Below, in pieces: positions 29,591 through 44,645 of a stretch of 64,000 nucleotides of DNA. The number at the start of each line of letters is the position of its first letter. The first letter of the stretch is position 1. The notes beneath the pieces were generated by a model that was not told the origin of the DNA, made no database searches, and was given only the letters and a program-made list of their open reading frames with translations. The translations under genes were made by a program, and so were the position numbers. The DNA is from Eledone cirrhosa (lineage: Eukaryota), in contig OZ024742.1 of NCBI GenBank assembly GCA_964016885.1, positions 106,516,001 through 106,580,000 of the forward strand. Reading direction: 5' to 3'.

Positions 29591-29634
29591 ATTGTCTATG
29601 CATTTCGAACTTAAATGGTTCTCATCAGGACAAT
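29591..29634 (-). ncRNA. Hammerhead ribozyme, intact core
   Basis: ATTGTC-CTGATGA-GAAC catttaa GTTC-GAAA-TGCA-TA-GACAAT. Confidence 0.85.
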
Positions 29635-29746
29635 GCCTCCATCTTCCTACTGCTGTAATTTGTGACAAAAAATATATATATGAAATAAATATTTATATAT
29701 GAAATGCATAGACAATTATGCCCCTCGAATCTGCTGGACTCCGCTC

Positions 29747-29797
29747 AGCTTCCTGATGATTTCTCACGAATGAAACAATTCTAGCCCTGTCAAAGCT
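29747..29797 (+). ncRNA. Hammerhead ribozyme (GUC)
   Basis: AGCTTc-CTGATGA-tTTC tcac GAAt-GAAA-CA..TG-TC-aAAGCT. Confidence 0.6.
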
Positions 29798-29891
29798 TTT
29801 CTATATTAAAACATTTATACTCTGCTATGTATCGAGTACGTTACTTACTGTGGTTACCCCAGATTGAACCCGGAATAACTTTTATATATAT

Positions 29892-30190
<299 letters not shown>

Positions 30191-30411
30191 TATATATATA
30201 TGTGTGTGTGTGTGTATGTATATACATATTTGTTCTATACTTCCTACACTGTCGAGTGAAAAAGGCTAAAAGGGACCGCTGCCTCTAGCAATTCCGTTTA
30301 CTTGCCAATCGTCCATCTCTTTCTTCTCTTCTTGTCAACTACATGCCACGTGGTGGTTGTCTTTCTCGAAAACATGGTAGCAGTCACTTGAGAATTCTCT
30401 TGATGTGAGAA

Positions 30412-30502
30412 GGTACCCTGAAGAGCTAACTTCTCCCATCCTGATATACTCAATAATAAGAATACCTAGGCTGAACTTTACAGCGGAACTGCAGTCGGGA
30501 CC
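30412..30502 (+). ncRNA. Hammerhead-like motif with long stem II (GAAA>GGAA)
   Basis: GGTaCC-CTGAAGA-GCT..AGC-GGAA-CTGCAG-TC-GGgACC. Confidence 0.55.
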
Positions 30503-30527
30503 AAAAGGTATTTTATCTTAATTCCTT

Positions 30528-31148
<621 letters not shown>

Positions 31149-31152
31149 TACA

Positions 31153-31695
<543 letters not shown>

Positions 31696-31719
31696 ATATA
31701 TATATATATATATTGGTTG

Positions 31720-32430
31720 TCTGTTTAATACAAAGCCTGACCATTCCAGTGTCCATGATACTCAGTTCTGGCATGAAATCTTTTGTGGCTTTTTAGACCA
31801 GATTGATACGGGTGAACTGGTTTGTATATTCTACAGGCATTAGGGAGTGTCCTATTGTGTGTTATTTTGTGATATTGAGGTCTAGCCTCTGACAGGCAGA
31901 TTCTGCCACAAACTGTACAAGTACAAAAAGTTCTATTTATTTCATATTCCCTTAGTGGCTGATTTCTTCTTGCATTCCTATTAATATTTACTTGCATCAA
32001 TTTGTTTTGCTCAAACGTTTTCACCCATCCAATATTTTCGAACACCAGGTAGAGCGATCCACTACGAGATTTTTCACGTTTCTGGGGGTCAATACTTAGT
32101 CATCAAATTCTCCGTCAATGCATCCGTGAACCACTTCTTTTGCTTACTCTGTTTTCTTTTTCCCTCTGCAAGTTCCCCATAAAGCAGTTGCTTAGGGATT
32201 CACTCGTCAGCTACGCGGAAAATATGTTCAGACAACCACAGTTGGCTTTTCAAAATTATTGTTTGGGTGGAACAAATACCAGATCCAACTAGAACATCAG
32301 AGTCAGGAGTGAATGAATTCCATATTATTTTCAGAATATGTCGTAAGCATTTTAGATGGAATCGTTCCAGGGGTCTAAAGTGAAATTTGTAACACGTTCA
32401 AGTTTCAGAAAAGTGCAGGATCTATAAACA
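31720..32430 (-). pseudogene. RTE LINE 3' fragment with C2H2-like C-terminus
   Basis: Minus: RFHLKCLRHILKI.., IPKQLLYGE.., CTVCGRICLS..H. Confidence 0.7.
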
Positions 32431-32879
32431 GATATATAAACATACTTCAACGTATGTAATTATAAAATAACTCTATGAAATGAATGAATAGACAATGAAT
32501 AGAGAAATATATTCAAATAGGTCGGTATATTGATAAAATTATTGCTACTTTTTAGTTCACTGCCATAATTCCATTCACATCTAGGATACATTATGAGAAT
32601 AAAGGACGGTTATTTATTTTTTATTTGCATAACAATTATGAAATGTAAAGTTGAAGTTAGCGAGATTTGAACTCAAAAACGTAAAGAACTGTAATAATAA
32701 CTGGTGCCATTTTGTCTGATGGTCTTAAAATTCTGTCAATCAATCGCCTTTTGATTGATGTAATTTTTGTTATTATAACTAAAAAAGAAGGATGAGTCAC
32801 GATTAAGATCATCACCATCTACCAACATGACAATCGTAATTATGAACATCATCATTATATATTATGTAGGTATGTATGT

Positions 32880-32942
<63 letters not shown>

Positions 32943-32971
32943 ATATATGTATATATGTATATATATATATA

Positions 32972-33097
<126 letters not shown>

Positions 33098-33162
33098 GTT
33101 AAAATATCCAACATATAGAGCAACTCAAGTCCGTCGGTATAGCGGACGAGTTTAAATATGAA

Positions 33163-33360
33163 TATTAAGGTCAGTTACTACAACGGCAACATAGCAGGTA
33201 CGTACGTTTGGTTATCTCTGAGGACCAACTAGTTACACCCGTGCCGTTGAGAATGAACGGTTCATTTTCATTGGCACAGATTAAACAAGTTGATTCGCAG
33301 GGCTAACGAAACGTACGTACCGTACCAGCTATGGCGCCGTTGCAGTAACTGGCCTTAATA
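33163..33360. mobile_element. Fold-back element containing the 3' half of an HHR
   Basis: Imperfect inverted arms; GAAA-CGTACG-TA at ~33308-33319. Confidence 0.5.
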
Positions 33361-33386
33361 AACATATATATATATATATACATATA

Positions 33387-33463
<77 letters not shown>

Positions 33464-33485
33464 ATACTTTGGGAGGGTCGTGTTG

Positions 33486-33561
<76 letters not shown>

Positions 33562-33606
33562 TACATATGTATATATATAAATATACATAAATATATATAT
33601 ATATAC

Positions 33607-34216
33607 ATGGTGGCTGCCAACTCGTTTTCGAGTACGGCCACTTCTTTGTATCCATGTAGGAGAACCCCTACCGATGCGCTGAACGAGTGTGACTTTTTAG
33701 TCCAGCCAGCGACTTGAAAACTCTGGTACAAACCCTACACTTGTGACAATTATTTACACATAGTGCTGGGCCCATGGTACCATGTGACGACAAGTGCAGA
33801 GAGATCTCCAGATATAAAGCAATGCCTGTGCCGTGAAGCTTTTATAGTGAGCAAAGGCACTGCACAAAGCCAGTCCCACTCTCTTAACCAAGATGATATT
33901 TACCAAAAATAAGAACAAGTCAGCATCATTGGATACCTTCAGGGTTGCAGGTATTATATGAGAGTTTTCCTTCTCCTAGAATTCTGCCTTGACAATGGCC
34001 AAGGGGTCATCTCTCTCGGTGATTTTGGATGGCCATTGACTCTTAAGAGCTCCTTTGCCCTTTGGCAGGTTTTGTTTTTAGTCCTGCAGGATGTCCAAAG
34101 TCACCCTCTTCACCAAGAAACCTTGGTGGGGTTGCCAGTTTAGTCGCCAACGACCCGACCATGGGACAGGTTGTACTGGGATACATGTTACCAGTAGCAC
34201 CAACTGGTGACATGAC
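33607..34216 (-). mobile_element. ~610-bp interspersed repeat, copy 3
   Basis: Near-identical to 13021-13631. Confidence 0.7.
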
Positions 34217-34233
34217 ATAATATGTATACATAC

Positions 34234-34264
<31 letters not shown>

Positions 34265-34398
34265 TATATATAAATATATATATATATTTCTATATATATA
34301 TATGAAAAGATTCAGGACACCCGGTCAGCTGAGCTCCGACTCTTTCGACAACTATATCCGAACATATATATATGTGTGTGGGTGTGTGTGTGTGTATG

Positions 34399-34502
<104 letters not shown>

Positions 34503-34518
34503 TTATACATATATTCTG

Positions 34519-34582
<64 letters not shown>

Positions 34583-34769
34583 ACACACACATAATTATCT
34601 GATATCATAAAATTGTTAAGGTAATTATTTGCCCGTATAATTCTCCGTTGCAATCGAATTTCGTGACGTTGGAATGTCAAAGTAACGTGAGATATGAAGA
34701 GGGAGTGAGTGAGTGAGTATGGTTGATGAGAAATAAAGAAAGGGAGAGTCTGAGAGAGAGAGGTAGAGA

Positions 34770-34922
34770 TGTCGCGCACGTGACGTAAGCAGGTCAGACA
34801 CATCCGACAGCCAAAATTTGCACCGACTGACCTCGCAGAGATTCCCATGTTGTCAGATTGATTATTTTGTTAAAATGGTTCCGGAATAAGTGAACTGACA
34901 ATTACGGGGGCGGAGGGTGAGT
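34770..34922 (+). promoter_or_regulatory. Candidate promoter/first exon of a host transcript
   Basis: CACGTGACGTAA (E-box/CRE), CCGGAA, GGGGCGGAG, donor-like GG|GTGAGT; locally CpG-rich and unique in the window. Confidence 0.35.
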
Positions 34923-35236
34923 TGCTTTTATAAAGTGTGGGTGTTGTGTTTAAAATATATGTGTCTCTGAGTGTGTGTGTACGAGAGAGCGAGAGAGAGA
35001 GAGAGGGGGTATGTGTGTGTGTGAGGTGTGAGAGAATTGAGTGTTCGCATATATGTGTATATGTGTGAATTCAATATGTGCAGGTCTGTACAAGTGTGTG
35101 CGTGTGTGAAAGTGGTAGAGAGCCTGTATCTTAAAACAAGAACCAACCTCTGAACAAACAAAATATACAAGTTGGTTTCGATCCCTGACTGCAGCTGTGT
35201 AAGTGCTACTATAATATAGTGGATGCTGCTTATTAT

Positions 35237-35845
35237 AATTGTTTCTACTTTTGGCACAAGGCCAGCAATTAACCAGTGCATTACTGGTACTTTATTTTAT
35301 CGACCCCATAAGGATGAAAGGCAAAGTTAACCCCAGCGGGATTTGAACTCAGATCATAAAGGGCCGTAACTCTTTACTGCAAAGCATGGCGTCCGACCAT
35401 CTACCGATACTGCCAATCCCCCATCATGCTGCTTATTATAATGACAGATAGGATGACGGAATGGTTGAATTGTTAGAGCGTCGGAAGAAACTCTTTGAAG
35501 TATTTCTCCCGGCTGTTTACGTTTTGAGTTCAAATCTTCCCTGGGTCAACCTTACTTTTCATCTTTCCGAAGTCGATAAAATAAAGTACCTGTTACGTAT
35601 TGGTGTCAATGTAATCGACTCTCTCTTCCTCACAATTTGTTAGCCTTGTGCCTAAATTATAATTGTTTCTACTTTTGGCACAAGGCCAGCAATTAATCCA
35701 GTACATTACTGGTGCTTTATTTTATCAACCCCGTAAGGATAAAATGCAAAGTTAACCTAGGTGGGATTTGAACTCAGAACGCAAAGGGCCATAACTCTAT
35801 GCTTCAAAGCATGGTGTCTGACGCTCTACCGATACTGCCAATTCA
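35237..35845. mobile_element. Three adjacent SINE copies (35237-35420 minus, 35452-35660 plus, 35660-35845 minus)
   Basis: B boxes and conserved core. Confidence 0.8.
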
Positions 35846-36699
35846 CCAGAGAATCATTGTTCATTATTTTCATTATATCAAATATAGTCGGAATGTAAAT
35901 CGACCAGGAAAGAACAAAGGAACGAAGCAGCCACTTTATATGGCAACTAGAAATAACAATGAAAATTGCTTCTTGATTATTTTCAAAATTAATTAAAACA
36001 CATAAACCAGAGTGTTTCATTGGAAAGATGTTATCGAAACGGTTTTTAAAAATCTGCAATCATCTGCAAATCAGCATGTGTCAATTTATTTTTGTCTTCT
36101 CCGGTTCAGTGAGCGCGTAATTGACTTACCAAGGACATGTTATTGCTAAGATATACATTTATACATTGTATATTTGTCTGATCTCCTGATGGAGTCGTAG
36201 GGTAACAGTAGTGTATCTTGGGAATTTTACACCTGGCGGATTACATTCGTCTTCAGGCCATAACAGTGCTGATTTCTTCCAGAGAACAAGAGAGAGTGAG
36301 TGAGGGAGAAGAAGCGAGCACAATTATATAGGAAGAATCTACCTCAGTACTGGACTGGTACTCTTTTATCCACCTCAACGGACGAAAGAATGAAATACCA
36401 CAAAGCATTCTATCCGATGTTCTAATGACTCTGCCACTTCGCCGCCTACGATATATATTTCAACAATCATATCAAAACCTAGCCAGAAAATACTAAGTAG
36501 TGAAGAAAAATCAATAATATTTAATGACTAATATTATTTTAATTATTTCGGCAAGTACTATAGACGATCTAAATACTGAAAATTCTTTCATCTCCAAAGA
36601 TGAGACAAAGAGTCGAAAACATTTCGGTCTATTCGCACGTTTTCAATGAAATCTCAATTGACTGTCTCAATATATCTTTACTATCTTATCTATACTTAT

Positions 36700-37620
36700 T
36701 GTAGGTCAATCTGTCCATGCTGACCAATTACTGTTTGACCGGAATGCTCCTGTGGCTAGATCTTTAACCCTGGGCATCGTTACTCACGCTCAATTTCACA
36801 GCACTCAAAATCCTGGAACATTTATCAAAAAATGATAATCTTCATATTGGAGTATTGGTAAAGTTTGTTCCCTTCTGTGCCTTCTTTGAGGTCACAGGAA
36901 ACGCAACCTTTGTGCGCCCATTCTATGCCTTTCAAGACGCTTCGCAGGCCCTTCGTCAGTTATAAAAAGTTTGGTTTCAGGCTACAATATATATTTCGGA
37001 CAAGCCCGCTCCACATAAGGCCTGTTACCCTGTGCGAGTGAATATGTGATATGATTGCTTTTATTGAATCTGGCGATACTGCAGTTTTTGGTAGTCTTAT
37101 TCGCACCAATCACCAATCTAGTACTTTTCTCAGGCCCATGAAGTCTAGGATTTATTAGAGGCAGCATTTACTTGCCTTGTCCTAACTACATCGCTGGGAT
37201 ATGAGAATTATCTTGAGATCTATTGCACCATCTTCCCTAGTAGCTTACCACTTTTTCATCCGAGGCTGCTTATTTGTCCGACAGGAGCCCACTTACATCG
37301 CAACTATCTGGCATATATAGTGGCCGTAACGCTATCTACCATCTGCAACTCCTTCTCGGACAGAAAAGTTCTGCCGAGGACCTACAACCAGTTCTATAGC
37401 AGAACCGCTAGGCAGGTTTTACGAGCAAAGTCAGCTGGCAGGAAACCCATAGTTAGACCGTGAGCAAGATTGTTAGATAACATCCATGAGTTCGGTTGGC
37501 TACGTCTGGGATCCAGCCAGATCAATTGGAGACGATTGCTTCGGATAGGACCCTCCCGGGAATACGGGGCAACGAAAAAGGGGGAAAATATTGAATTATT
37601 TGGAAATACACCAGTCATAA
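36700..37620 (-). pseudogene. Highly degenerate LINE (CR1-group-like) remnant
   Basis: ..AQGNRPYVE.. resembles the RPxLEY motif; otherwise weak. Confidence 0.25.
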
Positions 37621-37700
37621 CCCTGACTATAATCTTGAAACATTTATAGTTTCAACTTCTCTTCGCTCAAAGAAGAACTGCAAAATCCTTCAATTAGAAA

Positions 37701-38051
<351 letters not shown>

Positions 38052-38059
38052 AATATATA

Positions 38060-39032
38060 TATATCATAAAATGTCTTTCGAATCACTAGATATAATATAT
38101 ACCATTTCCTCTCCCAATTAGCATAATTAACCATATAAAAAATCAATTAGACAAAGCTATAAGAATAAAGGCTCCTATGAAGAAATCTCCGACAAATAAC
38201 CGAAAGCAGCAACGATAGATTATTTATCTAACATTTCTACAGCATGTAAAAATCGACCAGATATACAGTCAACCAGACACAATTAGGTGTAAAAATTGAA
38301 CTTAGAAGAATTGTGTACATACCAAATTACCTCTACCATGTAAACCTTTATATGTAATAATCCTCCGTTATGTTGAGATACAATTTGGCGGTATTAGGCT
38401 GCGCTTTCTAGCATTAAGCCTACCCGCTGTAAGCAACTAATCACATCCTTTCTAACTTGACCGCTGCCACGTCACGATTCTTAGCCATTTTTTAATGTAT
38501 TTTTGGCGCGATCACTTTGGATAATTAAATGTCTAATTTTGAGTTCGCTCCTGATGATTCAGAAACTCTAGACATTCCGTTATCGGATGTCTTAAAATAC
38601 GGATGAAACCATGGTAGAGGTAATTTGGTATGTACACAATTCTTCTAAGTTCAATTTTTACACCTAATTGTGTTTGACTGTATATCTGGTCGATTTTTAC
38701 ATGCTGTAGAAATGTTAGATAAATAATCTATCGTTGCCGCCGCGAAGGGGCTGCTTTCGGTTATTTGTCGGAGATTTCTTCATAGGAGACGTTATTCTTA
38801 TAGCTTTGTCTAATTGATTTTTTATATGGTTAATTATGCTAATTGGGAGAGGAAATGGTATATATTATATCTAGTGATTCTAAAGACATTTTATGATATA
38901 TAGCTCTGATTGTTTAATTTGTTAATTTTGCATTGAGCCACAACGTGACCTGTTGCAAAACACATATATATCTATGACTTTTTATATATATGTATGTAAA
39001 CCTTTATATGTAAATATAAAGGTTTACATATG
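38060..39032 (+). mobile_element. ~655-bp terminally redundant HHR unit (38338-39013) preceded by an inverted partial copy (38060-38340)
   Basis: ATGTAAACCTTTATATGTAA at both ends; diverged relative of 50962-52066. Confidence 0.75.
38548..38619 (+). ncRNA. Hammerhead ribozyme, long stem II (GUA)
   Basis: CTC-CTGATGA-..AGACATTCCG ttat CGGATGTCT..-GAAA-CCATGG-TA-GAG. Confidence 0.7.
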
Positions 39033-39117
<85 letters not shown>

Positions 39118-39161
39118 CAGACACATTCCTACTGACCATCCCTCTACCACGAATTACTCTG

Positions 39162-39210
<49 letters not shown>

Positions 39211-39777
39211 TCTTAATAGGCATTTGAACTGTCAATAGGCTGCGGTTCGCACACACATCCCTGCTGACCATTATCACAACAACGAACCTCTTTACTACTA
39301 CTACACACACACACATATTTGTTTTGAAAGACTTATTTTTCAGTGACTTCTCAATCAGCCGACACAAACCTACATTTGGCGCAAAATCAATTTTTAACAT
39401 TCACATGACCTCTACCGACCAATCAAAATTGTTTTGACCACAAGAATTTTTGCAACACGAATTGGCGCGAAACTTATTTTAATACCGCTGGAGCCACTTT
39501 CTTCACATAAAAACAGGTAGAATTCCCAAAACTAATCAGAGCAAACATCACGGACGCTCTGTCTCAAAATTGTTTTTGAAAAGCATTAGAAATGCGCAAC
39601 CGGTAAAACTTAAAACCAAAACTGAATATTAACCAATACTATAACTAATTCTCACTTATTCCTAAGTAAACTATTTTTCACTGTGAACAATTTGTCAGCA
39701 TTTTCTTTTCCATTTACCTATATATCATAACTTGTGTGTTACACCTCTATTCTTTTAAATATATATATATATATATA

Positions 39778-39956
39778 TCCCTTAACGAGATCTGAAACAG
39801 TTTCAGAAGATCCCGTTAAGGGCGAAAGCAGCGATTCTTTGCTTAAACTTTAATCTGTTATTTTAATAAATATTTGCTCTATGGTTCTTATATATTTGAT
39901 ATATATTTATCCTTAGTGAGCCCTCTTTGGATTTTAGTCTTCAAATTTATTATTAT

Positions 39957-39960
<4 letters not shown>
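39778..39960 (+). mobile_element. Insert between (TA)n tracts starting at a putative HHR stem II
   Basis: CCCTTAACG..CGTTAAGGG-C-GAAA-GCA..TGC-TT then AATAAA. Confidence 0.5.
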
Positions 39961-40038
<78 letters not shown>

Positions 40039-40093
40039 GTGAGGTTTTTTTTACAAAATGAAAAATAACCAAGGTGTCCTACACGAGTGGAAG

Positions 40094-40394
40094 TATAAAG
40101 AAAAAGGGATGAAATCGAAAATGCAACTGAAGTCTTATTTTTTTTTAAAATATATATATTTATTTGGTTCCTTTACCGGTTTCGCAGTTCTTCTGCTTTT
40201 CAAAAGGTGAGTTGAGATGGAGGGTCTGTGGTTTTTCTCACATCATGTGAGAAAAACCACAGACCCTCCATCTCAACTCGCCTTTTGAAAAGCAGAAGAA
40301 CTGCGAAACCGGTAAAGGAACCAAATAAATATATATATTTTTTTAAAAAATAAGACTTCAGTTGCATTTTCGATTTCATCCCTTTTTCTTTATA
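40094..40394. mobile_element. Near-perfect 300-bp palindrome with two U3-A8 HHRs (40170-40207 minus, 40281-40318 plus)
   Basis: CCTT-TTGAAAA-GCAG aagaa CTGC-GAAA-CCGG-TA-AAGG in both arms. Confidence 0.8.
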
Positions 40395-40420
40395 TATATA
40401 TATATAAATATATATATACG

Positions 40421-40454
<34 letters not shown>

Positions 40455-40460
40455 CAAATA

Positions 40461-40534
<74 letters not shown>

Positions 40535-40548
40535 CATATATATATACA

Positions 40549-43500
40549 TAACTTTGAATAACTTTGAAATGTTTTGGCCAGTATTGGCCCAGGCCATGTC
40601 TAACTTAATAGCACCACCTGGCGAAGTCTTTCAATTCAGGATTTGGGCACCATGGCCCATTCGAAAAGGGAATTACTGTTTGCGGAGACATATCCCGGTG
40701 TGGGTGGTTTGTCCGGGATTACTTGGAGGAATTTGTCCAAAGACTTCTTGAATTTTGTGTGGTCAGTTTCTGTTTTGACGTGTCTTGGTGTGATGTTGAA
40801 GAGAGCAGTGCCAATTGAGGTGAAATAATTGTGCCGTATTGTTGTTATGAGTTGCGATTTAGATTTTTGTTTGGGACGGATAGCACGGGGCCCAAGCCTT
40901 GGGTGTATTTTGAAGGTGATGCCAACATCATTTGGGCAGTGCTGATGAAACATTTTCCACATCATGCAGATAATATAACGCTCACGGCGACGTTGGAGTG
41001 AGTAAGTTTCAGCTTTTCTAGTCGACCCCAGTAGTCAAGGTCTGACATGCCATCTATCTTTTTCGTGATTGCCCTTTGGGGAGCTTCAAGTTTCATGATA
41101 CTTTGTTTCGTGTGGGGAGACCACAGTATTCAAGGTGTGGTCGGGCAAAAGTGGAGAAGGATAATGGTGTGGGAATCTCTCTACTGGAAGGTTCTGAGGA
41201 TCCAGGAACACATTTTGCGGGCCATGTCAACTTTGCTGCTTATATGCGTGGCCCAGCTTATGTTGCTGTCCACAGTTACTCCCAAGTCTCTGATGTTGTT
41301 AGATGCCACGAGAGTTTCACCGGAGGGAAGGGAGTACGGGAGTTTCAGAGCATCCTCTTTTCCAAAGTGGATCTGTTCGAATTTGTCTTCGTTCAGTAAC
41401 ATGTTGTTCTTTTCCGCCCATTGGGTAACATCCAGTAGGTCTGACTGAAGGCTTATCCGGTCATCCACGCCATTGGTGACCTTCTGGAGCTTGGAATCAT
41501 CAGCGAAAATTCTAATGTTGCTGTGTTTGATGATGTCAGTGATGTCATTAATATAGATGATGAAGAGAAGTGGGTCCAACACAGTGCTTTGTGGGACCCC
41601 ACTACTGACTTTGGCTGGGCTGGATTTGACTCCTTCGACTACAACATGTTGGGTTCTGTTTGACAGGAAGCACTTGATCCACTGCAGCAGCTTTCCAGTG
41701 ACACCAATATTGGACAGCTTTCTTAGTAGAATGTTGTGATCAACCCTGTCAAAGGCCTTGCTGAAATCAAGGTAGATAACATCAGTGTTGGAACCCTCTC
41801 CCAAGGCTCTCAAAATGTCATCAAAGTGATGCAGTATATGCGTCAGGCAATCCCTTCCATTACGGAATCAATGCTGGTTGGAGTTCAGCATATCGTTACT
41901 CTCAAGGAAGTGAGTCATTCGCGATCTCACCACTCTCTCAAATACCTTAATGATATGAGAGGTGAGTGAGATTGGACGGTAATTCACGGCAAGGGATCTG
42001 TTTCCTTTTTTGAAAACTGGGATAACAGACTGGGATAGAAGGTTTTCTGGCACATATCCAGCATCCAGTGAGTTCCGCCACAGATTGGCAAGAGTAGATG
42101 CAAGTTGGTGTTGACACGCCTTCTAGACACAAACAGGGAACCTATCGAGACCTACTGCTGAATTATGCTTGATTTCCTTTATTGCCGCTAAGACATCAGG
42201 GGCGCCAAACGTTATGTCCGATAAGGTGTAATGGGGAGTAACATCGCCGATACAACCCAGATCGGCCATATCAGGATTGCTGAAAACAGAGCAGTATTGT
42301 TTCTGCAGTATCTCACCCATGGTTTTAGCATTATCTTGAAGAGTGCCATTTTCATCAATTAGAGGGCCAACAGTAGAGCCAGTGATTTTGTGTTTTTTTT
42401 GCAAATGAAAAGAACACTTTGGGATTGAGTTTAATCTTCTCAATGGCCCAGGCCTCTTCAGCTCTTCTCTGATTGTTGATGATAGACATCATATTGTTTT
42501 GGAGGTTATGTTTTTTAATCTCTAGTGATGAAATGACAGTCAAGTTGGTGTGTTGCTGCTGACAGTATTTCAGCTTGTTGATTTTTTTGTTAGTTCTCTT
42601 AATTTTCCTGATGAGCGTTTTTCTATTTCTAGGGATTCTGCTCTTAGATTTGTTTATAGTTCTTAATAGCGTGTGTTTTGCACATGTTTGTAACAGTGTC
42701 CACAAATGTCTGCCAGGACTTTTTGATGTTAGTGGGTGTGTGAGTGTGCGTGAAGGACCAGTCGACATATGCAAGATCATGACTGATCGCTTCCCAGTTT
42801 GCATTGTGGAAATCCATAGCGTCAAACGGATGGACAGGAGAGATGACATTGGGTTTGTATATTGGACGGTGGAATCTCAGATCACAGAGAACCATGTCAT
42901 GATCAGAGAGTAGAGTTTTCTCCACTGCAATATTGTGGATATTGTCAGTGTGATTGCTGAAAATTAAGTCTAGGACGTTTTTGTGGCACCTCGTTGGTTC
43001 GAGCACCAGTTGGGACAGGAAGAAATCATCCATGAAGACAAGAAGCGATTCCACTGCTTCCCTGTCAGAGGTTGAGGCAGAAGAACCTGGTGGCAGGCTG
43101 TTTGTGGACCAGTCAACTCCGGGGAGGTTGAAGTCCCCCATCATTAAGATGTTGTCAGGGTGACACTCTTGGATGAAACACTTTATGCTGTTGAGGCAAT
43201 CCTTGAAGCATGGTAAAGGCGTTTGGGGTGGCCTATAGAGCCCAACTACTATTAGGTTGTTGGTCTGACTGAATACAGTGACTGCTTCGCAGTATCCAAT
43301 AGAAAATATGTTCATAGCCTCTGTTGAGAAAGAATTATAGACATAAATGGCAGTCCCACCCTTTCTTCTGCCAGCGCGATCAGCACGGATGGCTTTGAAA
43401 TTTTTCACTTTCACCTCAGCTTCCAAGTGGAAGAGATGGGTTTCAGTGAGACGAAGAAAGGGATGTGGTTTGGATGGACATCAACCCTGTCCTCCAGGAA

Positions 43501-43629
43501 TTTGATCTTCCATTTTTTAGTATTGGTGGAAGGGCTGATGCCTTGGGCGTTAAGCAAAAATGTTGACGCGAGAGTGGATGGTTTTAATTGTTTTGGTGTG
43601 TTGATAATTTGTTTGTTTGTTAATGGCAG

Positions 43630-43630
<1 letters not shown>
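40549..43630 (-). mobile_element. CR1-group LINE ORF2 (AP endonuclease + RT), frameshifted
   Basis: LLNAQG, YRPP, MGDFNLP, LDLIF, SDHDMV; NYRPISLTS; YLDFSKAFDRVDH; SGVPQS; FADDSKL; 3' tail (TTCAAAGTTA)2. Confidence 0.92.
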
Positions 43631-43631
<1 letters not shown>

Positions 43632-43690
<59 letters not shown>

Positions 43691-43795
43691 TATACATATA
43701 TATATACATATATATATACATATATATTTATATATATACATATATATATATACATATATATATACATATATATATACATATATACATATATATAC

Positions 43796-43840
<45 letters not shown>

Positions 43841-43855
43841 TAAATATATATATAC

Positions 43856-43906
<51 letters not shown>

Positions 43907-43911
43907 TATAC

Positions 43912-43992
<81 letters not shown>

Positions 43993-44029
43993 CATATATA
44001 TATACATATATATATACATATATATATAC

Positions 44030-44106
<77 letters not shown>

Positions 44107-44175
44107 CATATATATATATATACATATATATATACATATATATACATATATATATACATATATACATATATATAC

Positions 44176-44228
<53 letters not shown>

Positions 44229-44245
44229 TATAAATATATATATAC

Positions 44246-44291
<46 letters not shown>
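43632..44291. repeat. (TA)n/CA microsatellite, ~660 bp
   Basis: Direct reading. Confidence 0.98.
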
Positions 44292-44293
<2 letters not shown>

Positions 44294-44586
44294 GTAATCA
44301 CCGTATACGAAAAACATTTAAATACTATAAACCTAATTAAATACTATAAACCTAATTAAATATTCTAAATACCAACTCACTATAATTCCGTATAGAATAA
44401 CATTTATTAGTACCTCTTTCCCCTAATTATATGCTTTCATGCTTATTTTTGCCTTTTAATGTTTTAGCTTCCTTAGATTTATGCGTTAATGACTAAAGGC
44501 AACAAGATACACAGCCACCCGTAATTGCATGAGTGAAAATAAACATCTATGTATGATATGGAAATATATTTATGTGTGTATATATT

Positions 44587-44639
<53 letters not shown>

Positions 44640-44645
<6 letters not shown>

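Noticed and set aside
43411-44317. YI-repeat ORFs here and throughout the window
   Set aside because: (TA)n translations
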